A stretch of 64,000 nucleotides of DNA from the human T2T-CHM13v2.0 reference genome, Homo sapiens, in the NCBI GenBank assembly GCA_009914755.4, contig CP086569.2, positions 23,008,001-23,072,000 on the forward strand, written 5' to 3'. The translations under genes were made by a program, and so were the position numbers. Of this stretch, positions 1-11,319 are shown in pieces. Each line of letters starts with the position of its first letter. The stretch's first letter is position 1. The notes beneath the pieces were generated by a model that saw only the letters and a list, made by a program, of their open reading frames with translations, made no database searches and had not been told where the DNA came from.

Positions 1-395
1 TCGGGTGGAAACAATGCAGATAAAATAATGGGTTAATAGCTTGTGGAAGGAGTGAAGTGCTATGATGTAAATGAACCTTCAGGACATCATGCAAAAGGAG
101 AGGAGACAAATACAAAAAGTCATGTAGTGTTTGAGCACATTAACGTTAAATACCCACAACAGGTAAGTTCAGAGGCAGAACACTGACTGGTGTTATCTAG
201 CAGCTGAGGAAAAGGAGAAAACGGGAGGGACTGCTTAACTGGTAGTAGGAGTTTTAATTTGGAGTGATGAAAATGTTCTGGAACTCGATGGAGGTAGTTG
301 TTGCATGGCACAGAATGTATCAAACACCACTTAACTGTTCACCTTATAATATTTAATTTTGTTATGTGAATTTCATCACCACAGGAAAAAAAAAT
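1..395 (+). mobile_element. L1 (old L1M/L1PB-type) 3' end fragment ending in a poly-A
   Basis: The antisense translation (ORF 120-323) matches antisense L1 3'-end ORFs seen elsewhere (31329-31754). Typical L1 3'UTR terminus ...ttatgtgaatttcatcaccacaggaaaaaaaaa. Confidence 0.6.
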
Positions 396-423
396 CAACT
401 GTGCTTTTTAATTTTTCCTTTAC

Positions 424-538
424 CCATCGTTAGTTGCATAACCATCATGTCTTGTTGACATGCGATCATTTCTCCAGGAAGATATTGTCGCTCTGCGTGG
501 AGGAACTCCATAATTCTCTCTTCTTTGTGACATGGGAC
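424..538 (-). CDS. RBMY1: RBMY1-family coding exon (exon 6 by coding order), encoding [39 protein letters not shown]
   Basis: Minus-strand translation matches RBMY1 exactly as I recall it. Acceptor aag/GTCCC at 539-541 and donor GG/gtaaag at 423-418. Phase is continuous with the upstream exon. Confidence 0.85.
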
Positions 539-1837
539 CTTTAACATTCAAATGATGGAACATTATGTAAAGAACACCAAATCTGAAACGCTATTTTCTC
601 TTCTCTCAAACAACTTTTTAAAATTATTTCTTCTATGACTCCATTCTTTGTTTCCTAAATTACTAGACAGACATGACACTGTGAATATTTCTCATGGCTT
701 TGGATAATCCCATGGCTCCCACAAGGCCAGTTCTTCTAATGAAGCTGAAGGCAAACATTAATGCTTAGGTAAAAGTTCATTTGTAATGGTTAATAACTAC
801 TTAGTTATTATTTTCCTTTCCATATAAATTACTGATGACTGTGAGTGACACAGGGAAAACACGTAAAACCATCAAACTCTTCACTGATTTTAAAGTTTAC
901 ATACATTGTCCTTTCTCAGCCAAAGAAGGTAGATTTTCCAATATCATTCAGTCCATCTCACACACACATAAATACAGCTACCTTTAAATGACTATATGCT
1001 AAATGTTTACATAAAAGTTCTTTAGCTGGTTGGCTCTATCTTAAATGTTGACAAATTAAAATGTATTAGTGAAGATTTTCTAATGATGGTCAAGATTTGC
1101 TTTTACTGCAAAGAAAGCAATGCTATGCAAGGGGTCATTACAACATTGTTGCTGTTTCAAAATAGAAAGTTTCTCCTCTAATATATTCTTCACTTGCTAT
1201 TCCTTAGAGGTCAGTGTTTCACATATGATACCTTCACTGGCTAATTTTCCAATGGAAATGTGTTGGCTTGGGTATCCTGAAGCCAATAAATACCTCCCTT
1301 CACCGATACTCTACGTATGAAATGTAAAATTGAAAATGGCAGTTTTTAACTTCCTCCATATGCGGATGGAGGACTAAGAAAGAATTTTAATTTGCTCTGC
1401 TTAAACTTCCTTGCTAAGAACTTTTATTTATTGTCTTATTTTCTTCTGTTCAGTCTGCAGTCTTACAATTCTTCTCAAAAGTATTACTTGCATTCAACCC
1501 TACCGCTCACCTCATGTTGCTTAGTTCTAAATTCTCTCCTCAAATAATTTCAAATCTTACACTAAGGATCTTGTGTTAATGTTTAAACATCCCGGTACAA
1601 TCTCAATTACTGATTTACATACACCTATATTTCACAACTCTGCATTTCTGTGATATCCACTTAATTTAAGAATTTTGGACTCCTACGTGTCTACCTCTCG
1701 AGCCTTAAATTTATTTTTAAATCATATTTAAGCCCAATGACTCCTTGTCTGCTAAATGCTCTTGTAGTTCTTTTGAATCTTCATGCACGCAGTGAGTATG
1801 CCTTGCACATACGCATTACTGAGGTCTCAGAAGCTGG

Positions 1838-2160
1838 ATGGCCAGGCTTAGCGGCTCACACTGTGAGTGAGTGTGGAAGGCTGAGGCAGCTGGACCGCTT
1901 GAGCCCCGGGCTTTAACATCAGTTTTGACAATGTAGTCAGATCCTCTCTCTACAAAAACATAGGGAAAAAAATGTAGCTAGGTGTGCTGCTGCATGCCTG
2001 TAGTTGCACAAACTCGGGAGGCTGAAACAGCAGAATTGCTTGAGCCCAGGAATTTGAGGCTATAGTAAGCCGTCATCTCACAAATTTGAGGCTACAGTAA
2101 GCCGTCATCTCACATAGTGCACTCTCACCTAGTAAGAGCAAGACTCCAACCCAGCAAAGT
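1838..2160 (+). mobile_element. AluJ-like SINE (old) with an internal 30-bp tandem duplication (2066-2125)
   Basis: ggccaggc..ggctcac..gaggcagc..cttgagcc..gtagt..gcctgtag..gggaggctga.. pattern. Duplicated tttgaggctaYagtaagccgtcatctcaca. Confidence 0.7.
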
Positions 2161-2548
2161 CACCGAACAAGCAATTTTTAGAATGGGACACCAGGGGACT
2201 TAGGAAATGGAAGAATTAATTAGATCAAGAAGCCTACCATCAAAGAATACTGCTAGGAACTTTTAGAAAAATTAAGGGGAATTTTCTAGCCAACACAGGA
2301 TTAAAAGGAATGTTGGCCTCACTCTAATCACTTCTTTGATCTGCAATGAGAAGCTCAAGTATTTCTTCAACATAAATCTGAAATGTACCTAGTGAGATAG
2401 AAACTATAATAAAAGCTATCAATCAGTAATTATGCTCACGTATGTGTCACTTCTCTTTTGTTCAATGAACTTAAAGCTAAGCATTCAGGTAAAACGGCTC
2501 ATTTTTAGTCATACAAAAACTACGGTCTTTCTGTCAGGCAGCATTTAC

Positions 2549-2701
2549 CTTGGCTTCCCATCCAACTATTGCTTCTTGCCACAGCAGAAGGAGCAGATTT
2601 TTTCGGAGGAGGACCTCCACTTCTTGAAGATGGACCTCTTTTAACTGGAATGAGTCCCCTAGAATAACTCATCTTGAGATCAGGAGTGTATCCACCATCA
2701 T
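2549..2701 (-). CDS. RBMY1: RBMY1-family coding exon (exon 5), encoding [52 protein letters not shown]
   Basis: Exact match to recalled RBMY1. Acceptor tacag/ATGATGG (AG at 2702-2703) and donor CAAG/gtaaat (GT at 2548-2547). Confidence 0.9.
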
Positions 2702-3558
2702 CTGTATTTCAAACAAAATCTTTTTAGTTAACTGACGTCACTGTTTCTTAAATGGCTAAGTTTTAGTTGTTTACAAATATTTTCTACATTTTATAACAAA
2801 TTCACATTTTGTCTAAACTAATAAAATTAGCATTCCTACAAGGTATTAGTACACTTCAAGCATTAAAAGTTCATTTAGAAAATCTAGAAAGAAACTCAAG
2901 TATCATAATATATCGGTATGAAGGAGAGATGTGGGAAAATGGGGAGTGAACGGGGGCAGAAATCTATCACTAAAATATCCAAATATAATATACATAAAAA
3001 TATTAAAAGAAAAATGATAAATGACTGTTTATATCATTCTGTAATGAGGAAAAATTTTCAAAGCACATCATAAAGATAAACTAATTTCCATTCAAAGAAA
3101 CTCAAATATTTCCAATACCAAGAAATCACATATCAGGAAAATACATTGTCTCTAAAATTTGTTAACACAATATAGAATTCTTAAAATTCCCTTATGAGAC
3201 ACTAATTTTCAGATGAGACTATGCTGAATTTTAACAGTCTTTAAGAATTGCATATTCGGTAATATAAACATATTTTTATACATCTACAAAAACGTAGATA
3301 TATGCCAATTGCCAGGTGGTGTTACAGGTTAGAATTTATGTATACATTCTCGTCCGTGGCAGAGTATAATTGAAGCTCACCCTCAAGATCAGTGGAGGCA
3401 AAACAGCCGTGAAGCTACGCATCTTAAAATGGAGCAAACACTGCAATTTCAACTTGAAAACAATCTCCAATTAATTACATGTCTGGTTATTAAAACTCCA
3501 AGCTAATTGTTAGAGTTTTGAAGGTTGGTTAATAGATAATACAAGTTAACCAACAGGT

Positions 3559-3860
3559 TTATTTATTTATTTATTCAGATGCACTCTTGCCCTATCACGC
3601 AGGCTGGAGTGCCATGGCATAACCTTGGCTCACTGCAGCTTTTGCCTCCCAGGTTCCTGTGATTCTCCTGCCTCAGCCTCCTGAGTAGCTGGGATTACAG
3701 GTGCACGCCACCAGGCCCAGGCAAATTTTTTTGTATCTTTAGGAGAGACAGGGTTTCACCATGTTGGCCAGGCTGGTCTGGAACTCCTGACCTCGTGGTC
3801 CACCTGCCCTGTACTCCCCAGGTGCTGAGGTGACAGGCGTGAGCCACCTCGCACAGCCCA
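3559..3860 (-). mobile_element. Alu SINE
   Basis: Reverse-complement Alu: ..gcaggctggagtgc..ggctcactgcag..cctcagcctcctgagtagctgggattacagg..tttcaccatgttggccaggctggtc.. with a T-rich 5' (A-tail). Confidence 0.85.
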
Positions 3861-4616
3861 TCCAATAGTTTTTTCTTTTTCCTTTTTTTTAAATATATGG
3901 TTTGTTTTTCTTTTATATGTAAAGATGGACCCCTCATTTCTATTAAGTAAATCACTCATAAATATCATTTTCAGTGACTCAGCCTCCAGCAAAGAAAGAT
4001 TCATACATATCTGTGAAGCAGTGGTTTTTAGATCTTTCCAGAGTCACAGACTCTTTTCAGAAATTAAAGTTCTACATTTCTTAAATTGAAAATGCTTTAC
4101 GGCAGGCCAATGTACAAACTCTCTGTATCAAAATTACAAAGCAATACATTTGCATAGATGTTTCCACATGTAGACACAAGAAAACAAATACTGCAAAATC
4201 AATCTTCAGTATTCAGTTACTTCTTCCTGTTGGAAAATTTTAAATATTACATCGTACTTTGATAATACAACTGACACGAAGTTCTGGGCCCTAAAGTAGA
4301 AAACTCTAAAGTATAATGAATATAAATGAGTTCTGCAGAAAACCGGTTGAGTACAGGCAATCAGCATTCACAAACACAACTCAGTTTCAAATGTGTGTTA
4401 CTTCAGTGCAAACTTATTATAATTGTTAAACAAATTTTAGATATTAGTTCAATCATTCTTATAATACACCTTTATAGTACTTAGAAATAAGTTTGCTTAT
4501 TATCAATAAGCTAATTTTCTCTTCATACAGGAAAGAAAAAAATTAAGAAATTTCAATATCGTCAAACTTATTTTCTTTCAGTCCTATGGTTCCATCTTTA
4601 TATTTTAAAACATTAC

Positions 4617-4794
4617 CCAGGTGCCCTTCATGTGAGGGAAGCCACCCTCTTGTTCCTCCACTGCTTCCTCTTGCAGATCTCAGACTTCCTGAAGGGCTTC
4701 TGTTTCTCGAAGAAGCTGGTGGTCTCCGCCTACCACCACTTTGAAAAGATGGTTTCTTGGCTTGTTCTACTTTTATTGCTTTTCCATGCAAAGA
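4617..4794 (-). CDS. RBMY1: RBMY1-family coding exon (exon 4), encoding [59 protein letters not shown]
   Basis: End of the RRM plus the RGG-rich linker. Acceptor ttctag/TCTTTG and donor CTGG/gtaatg. 178 nt, phase consistent with the neighbouring exons. Confidence 0.9.
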
Positions 4795-5867
4795 CTAGAA
4801 GTATTAAGGGTACTATCAATAACACTGGCACATTTAACGTAAGCACATTTTACAAACATTTTTACATCAACTGTAGTTCAATTTGAGGTATTTTCTCCCA
4901 AAAGGAAACTTTTTTTTTCTTCTAAAATGAACACATCTTTCGCAATGCCAAATTTGAGATAGTTACTGAGCACATGCCTTCCATTAAGGGATCAAACACA
5001 AATTCTATTATTCAAATTCCTTGAAAACTTCTCCATCATTAAAAAAAAAAAAAACTCAAACATAAAAAAAAAGTTTGACCCATCACACATTCTGTGGAAG
5101 AATGTGGCACATCTGTTTTTTACAATATATAATCCACTTCATCTTTGTAGTCACATCACTGATTTGAAAGTTGCAGTGTCCCAATGAAACTCGTGTCATT
5201 TAAAAAAAAAATGAGCTTACTTTTTCAGAGTGATTAGGCACATTACTCATTATGAGTTGTTTCTTGTTGGATTTGCTAACACTTCCATAAAATGTCCCCA
5301 TATGATTTACAATTCTATATTGACTCTAAAAATGTTTCTGTAAATGTGATCCTTGTTTGATCTCATTAAGTTTTCTTGCCTTACTCATTTCTTACATTGC
5401 CTTAGACGTGCCCCTAAAAAACGAATCTTAATATAGTACTTCAGGTAATTTCTCAGAAATGCTTAACTATCCTAATTAATTTCATAATAACATTTTTCAC
5501 TGTAATCTTTTCTACAGGCCACAGCAATTTTTGAAAACAGTTCAGCTAATAACGCGATTTAAAAATTACATGGCTTTTGTTATTTGGAGGAAGGACTTAA
5601 ATCCCTGAACAAGACCGCTTGCAGCCACATCGCCCGTTGTTCCTACCTTGAAACTTCTTTTGTTATTTCTGGGCTCAAAATATTTTCCCCAGATTTGCCC
5701 ACGGCTGCTTCCTTCCCAGTGTTCTGAAGTCAGCCAAAATTCCTTAACTGTTAATTCCCCCTGAAAACTCAAAGAACCTCCTTTATTGGCCATCTTAACA
5801 TTAATGTGCATACAACATTCATAGTTATTTTAACACAATAAAATACGTGAGATGAAGTAATTTAGAA

Positions 5868-6179
<312 letters not shown>

Positions 6180-6649
6180 TTACACAAATTATCTGCCCTT
6201 TTGCTTGAAAACTAGAGGGAAAAAAGAAATTATCATAGATTCCTATACAGAAGTCAAAATTATCTCCATACCTACCACAAAGCCATGAACCAAAAGCAAC
6301 TCTCGGTTTCTACCACAGCTTGAAATACTAATTTATAAGGGTGAATAAAAATGTACTTTCTGCTATGTGACAGGAAGTGTGCTAGATGTAACAGAAAGAA
6401 AAGCAACTAGCAAGACTTAAATATGCACTATATACAATTTCACGATCAATAGATTAATACATAGTACAGCAAGTAGAAAATACCTACAATACGCAATGAG
6501 GAAGAAAATTATGAAATCTAAGTGGTTTTTGAAGCATAAATTTTATTTATGAGGCATACACAGGGAAGGATAATTCTCAAGAAGTCTAAAAAAGCACTTT
6601 GGGAATAGCGTGAAGACTAACAGGACCTAAAAACAGATTGGGATAACGT

Positions 6650-6970
6650 TATTTATTTATTTATTTTATTTATTTTTTGTTTTTTTGAGACGGATTCTTG
6701 CTCTGTTGCCAGGCTGGAGTGCATCGGCGTGATCTCGGCTCACTGCAACCTCTGCCTCCTTGGGTTTAACCGATTCCCCTGCCTCAGCCTACTGACTAGC
6801 TGGAACTACAGGCACACACAACCAGATGCAGCTAATTTTTTTTTTTGTATTTTAGTAGCGACAGGGTTTCACCATGTTGGCCATTATGGTTTCTTTCTCC
6901 TGACCTTGTGATCTGCCCGCCTTGGCCACCCAAAGCGCTGGGATTACACGCATGAGCCACCATGCCCGGC
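6650..6970 (-). mobile_element. Alu SINE
   Basis: Reverse-complement Alu from a (TTTA)n tail to ..gggattacacgcatgagccaccatgcccggc. Confidence 0.9.
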
Positions 6971-7799
6971 ATGATTGGGATAATGTTATAAAGCAAAAAA
7001 CACTAAAGAGCACAGAATGGAATGCTCTTGACTACAATGTAAAGGAATTCAATAATTAATATCATTACACAGAAGTTTAAAGCTTAAGTAAACACACAAT
7101 CTCTAGATTTAAGACTCAACAGGACAAGAGACCATTGGTTCAATCAAAACAAGTCCTCAAACACACTGGGGAAATGAGTAATTAGCTATTCATGTTACAT
7201 AAATCACTCTGGTGACAGGAAAGAAATGTCCTTAGGAGAAAAAGCAAGCATGGAGCCAAGAATGCCAGTTACTTCTTCTGTTATCTGACTTCAATGTTCT
7301 CATATTATTTTCTATTTTCAACTACTTAACCTTTCCGTAAATGTAAAGGTCTTATTTAAATACACTTTCGCAAGAATATATTTTCATAAAATATATTCTT
7401 CAAGAAGGAAAGAGTCTTTCCTTCTTGTGCATCTGTCTAGATGTCTATCCAGTTTGTCTACGCTCTAAAAGTATTTCCATGAATTGGATGTACTTCAATT
7501 AATAGCATTTAATAAATATTGACTTATTACTTTCATTTACATGAGGGTTCCTTATAAGTTTTAAAGCTCTTCAAAACCTTTTAAAATCTATGTGCACTCA
7601 TATCGAAATACAAACATAGAAAAAGGTTACCAAATATTAATTTATATAATGTTAATTCCAATACCCTTCCAACTACACTTGCACGTATATGGCACAAAAA
7701 AGAGGATGGCTTCATATGTCATTCTACTATCTTCAAAAGTTTAGCAATATTAAAAAGACCTAGAAATATTGTTAATTGAAGAACAGAGTTAGAATATTA

Positions 7800-7979
<180 letters not shown>

Positions 7980-8332
7980 CTAAAGGTTACATCAAGCTAA
8001 AAAATAATTGCATTTCACATCACTATTATGGTTCTCGATACTCAATCACCCCTACAGTCAGTCTAGTTTATTCCAGTTTGTTTCGGAACTCCACAGCACA
8101 TTTACTTTCCCTCATTTTCCTTTCTAAGTAGTAGGTTATCCTTTCCATAGAACCTTAACCTACTACTATGAGAATTTTCCAAATATCAAACAGATACTAC
8201 AAAATAAGAGTTTAAAATGCATAAGGCATTTTAATGTAGGTATACAATGAACTTTGAAAAAATATATTTTTTCAAAACATATATATATAACATACATATT
8301 TTAAACATACCTATTGAAATATACATGTGAAA

Positions 8333-8334
<2 letters not shown>

Positions 8335-8374
<40 letters not shown>
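8335..8374. repeat. (CA)20 / (GT)20 microsatellite in RBMY intron 2
   Basis: Perfect acacac... run. It lies 16 nt from the exon-2 splice donor at 8389-8388. Confidence 0.95.
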
Positions 8375-8376
<2 letters not shown>

Positions 8377-8381
8377 TTTTA

Positions 8382-8519
<138 letters not shown>

Positions 8520-8852
8520 TTATCTATATTTAGATATAAATAAGCTAAAAAGATAAAATTTTATTACATACTGTGCTGAAAACCCAAGTAAAATTCCCTT
8601 CCTGAGGCTGACATCTTTTTAGTATTTCTTACTTTATATATGTAAAATTTGTAACACTCAGAGCAAAGGGGCACTAACTTCATGGACAAATGCTGCATTT
8701 TAGTATGTACCTGACAAAAATCTCATTTCTAAAAATTAGATAAGAAAAGCTATTGTAATTTTCCTCAGTTGCAATATGAAGAATGTCCCCATTTAAATAA
8801 TTTTATTTGAAAAGAATCTATTTATGAGGTACGGTGTGATGTTTTGCATATT

Positions 8853-9127
8853 TTCTTTCTTGAGATGTCTGTCTCCTGTCGCCAAAGTGAACTGCTCACT
8901 GCAGGCTCTTCCACCCAGCCTCAACTGATCTTCCTACATCTCAGCTTCCCAAGTAGCTAGTACTACAGGCGCTTTCTACCACAGCTGGGCAATTTTTTGT
9001 ATTTTTAAAAATAGACAAGGGTTTCCCCATAGTGCCCAAGCTAGTCTCCAAATCTTCGGCTCAAGTGTTCTGCCGGCTTGGGACTACCAAAGTGATGGGA
9101 TTTCAAGGGTGACTCACCACACTCAGC
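8853..9127 (-). mobile_element. Old, diverged Alu SINE
   Basis: Degenerate reverse-complement Alu motifs: ..ctcactgcaggc..tcagcttcccaagtagctag.actacagg..ggtttccccat. Confidence 0.6.
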
Positions 9128-9228
9128 ATGATATTTGGATAAGAGATTAAATCAAGCTACTTAAAATGTTCTAGGAGGAGAATATTTTAAATATTTTACC
9201 ATCTTTTAGTGATTTGAAATATACAATA

Positions 9229-9600
9229 GGTCAAAGATCCCCAAACCCTAGCCTTCAACCCGTACCTATCTGTGGCCTGAATGTGATGCCGGAGGATGAC
9301 CTGCAATACCTGTCTGTGGAGAATGTAACGCCTGAGGATGACCTGAGGTGGTACAGTTTTATCCGGAAACCATCCTCCCTACTCCCTCGCTGGCCCTCCC
9401 TGTCCCCGTGACAGCCTCACTGCCCCACCTGGCCTCTGTCACATTGCTCCTACCGGAAGACCCGCCCCACCACGTGCCCCTCGGAGGCCTGCCGCCAGCC
9501 CCCACTCCCAAACCTGTCCACCTCGCCGCCTTCTTCCCCTGCGCAACCTTTGTCTGAGGAAAAACTGACTTCCACTAAACCAGTCCCTGATGCGAAAATA
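9229..9600 (-). mobile_element. MER1-type (hAT-Charlie-like) nonautonomous DNA transposon, partial
   Basis: Same family as 24745-25226 and 44745-45236. Shares the ..ggaaaaa.tg.cttccac.aaacc.gtccctg terminus and the GC-rich segment found in the 24.8 kb copy. Family name is from memory. Confidence 0.5.
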
Positions 9601-9612
9601 GCAATGAAAGAG

Positions 9613-9714
9613 TCCAGTACGTTACCCAGGCTGGTCTCAAACTCCTGACTTCAAGCCATCCTCCGACCTCCACTTCCCAAAATGCTAGGACTACAGGAGT
9701 AAGGCAGTGTGCCA
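9613..9714 (-). mobile_element. Alu fragment (monomer-length)
   Basis: cccaggctggtctcaaactcctgac..cctcc.acctcc..ccaaaatgctaggactacagg. Confidence 0.6.
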
Positions 9715-10363
9715 GGTTAACAGAATAACTTAAGCGCATCTATTTTGTTCCAGTTTTCGGCTATCTAACTCCATTTGTCTCGATTACACCCACTTATTCG
9801 GTTTAAACTATTTACGGTGCCAAAGACACATGAAACGTTTCAAATACTGTCATACAACGAAGGAGACAATCACAGGCTTTACAGAGGCAAACTGAAACTC
9901 AGATTATTTGTGGCCCCATATTTCTACATACACTAAAGTAACACAATTTATGTCAAAATTTGATAATTCTTCCAAGCAAATCAGACACGCGACACGTGCT
10001 AACTAAAAGTGTGACTTTTTAATCGCAGTGGTTAAGTGTATTGCCTGTATTCTGAATTATCACCACATTCACAGAGAAAACCCGCTTTAATAAAAAGTGC
10101 ACATGAAAACCAATGGCGGCTTAGCACCATCTCCCACAACTAGTCGGACACATTAGGCAGTTAAAGGTAGAATCCTCAGGAAAAATCAATGAGTTTAACG
10201 AAAGTGAGTCTCTTAATAGCACTGAGGAGTTCTTTCCCCACTGACTCCTCCCGTAATTCAACACCCACACATAGAAAACCCATCCCCTTTTATAGACAAA
10301 ATCCCAAACCTTCGCTTTCTATTCTTGCCGAGAGACCCAGCTGTCCAGAGAAACAGAAAATAC

Positions 10364-10500
10364 CTGCGCTTTTTAGTAGGACAAAGAGCCTGAGGTTCGC
10401 CTGGCCCTCAGGCCGTACGTAACCGGCTTCGGAACACCACAGGGCCAACTGCGGGAGGGACAGCTGGAGCTACCCTGAGAGGGAAGGACGCCGGAAGCCG
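10364..10500 (-). other. RBMY1: Putative 5' non-coding first exon of the RBMY1-family gene (speculative)
   Basis: Minus-strand donor GCGCAG/gtattt at 10363-10362, downstream of the CCAAT/ETS block. Exon 2 starts with an acceptor, so an upstream exon is required. Boundaries are not verifiable without transcript data. Confidence 0.25.
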
Positions 10501-10720
10501 TGCCCGGAAATCCCGCCTACCTCCAGCGGCCAATCATTGCGAAGGCGGTGGGCGTCAGCCAGTTACTGCAAAGGCTGTGGGCGTGTCCTGAGGCCGCTCC
10601 GCCCCAGCAGGCCTGCGGCTCCATCATCTCGCGGTAACTCTTCCGAGACCACGCTTGTGCCGCGTGGCGGGCCGCGGTGGATTAAGGCACACGCGAACTG
10701 TGAGCCCTTTGCAATTGTGG
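10390..10720. promoter_or_regulatory. CpG-retaining, TATA-less promoter-like block between the RBMY1-family gene and the TSPY-like gene
   Basis: Dense CpG (ccgtacgtaaccggcttcgg, gacgccggaagccgtgcccggaaatcccgcc, gcggccaatcattgcgaaggcggtgggcgtcagcc, ccgctccgcccc, cgcgtggcgggccgcggtgg). Tandem ETS cores CCGGAAG and CCGGAAA at 10492-10510, a CCAAT box at 10531-10535, and an Sp1-like ccgcccc at ~10600. Confidence 0.55.
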
Positions 10721-11319
10721 GCATGGAAGACCTACACCCTAACTGGCATCCTGAGTGTGGCAAGACATTAACTAACCCACAGGGAACACATGAAACATCT
10801 CACTTCATTAGGCAGGCTAGGCTGATGGTACCGAATATTGCAGATCCAGAGGGGAGAGAGAGGGACCAGCGCTGCTGCAGGGGCGAGGGCAGCAGCGGTG
10901 GCTTGGGGGGATTGGGGCAGGGCGGGTGCGTGGGACTAAAGTCGACTGGTACGTTGCTGAGGTGGAATTCATCTGCACCAGAAGCTGAAACCCTGCAAGG
11001 ATTCTGTCAGGTCTAGGCAAATACATACTCCGAGTTCCATGGTTCCTCCCTGAGGATGCTGTACTCACAGGGGCATTCCAAAGGACTTCTCATCCTGTGC
11101 CCTGGGCACACGGGAGGCCTACCGCCATGGTCGCCAATGCAGTGATCCGTGTGCACTGCTTTGCTGGTGCAGAGGCTCTCACAAGTGCAGTGGTGGCCGT
11201 GTGCCTGCTAGCGGGGCTCTGGAAGCCAGGGCCTTGGCATCCGACTCCAGGGCTGCCGTGCGCAGCTAACCCTGCTGGGTAGCTGAGCCCCAGTGTGAGT
11301 GTGACAGGCTAAGGGCCCT

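Noticed and set aside
5560-5830. A CpG-containing patch in RBMY intron 3 with minus-strand ORF 5566-5811, considered as a possible intronic snoRNA (RBMX hosts SNORD61) or processed pseudogene
   Set aside because: I found no C box (UGAUGA) paired with a D box (CUGA) and a terminal stem on the transcribed strand. The ORF has no recognisable similarity. The evidence is insufficient.
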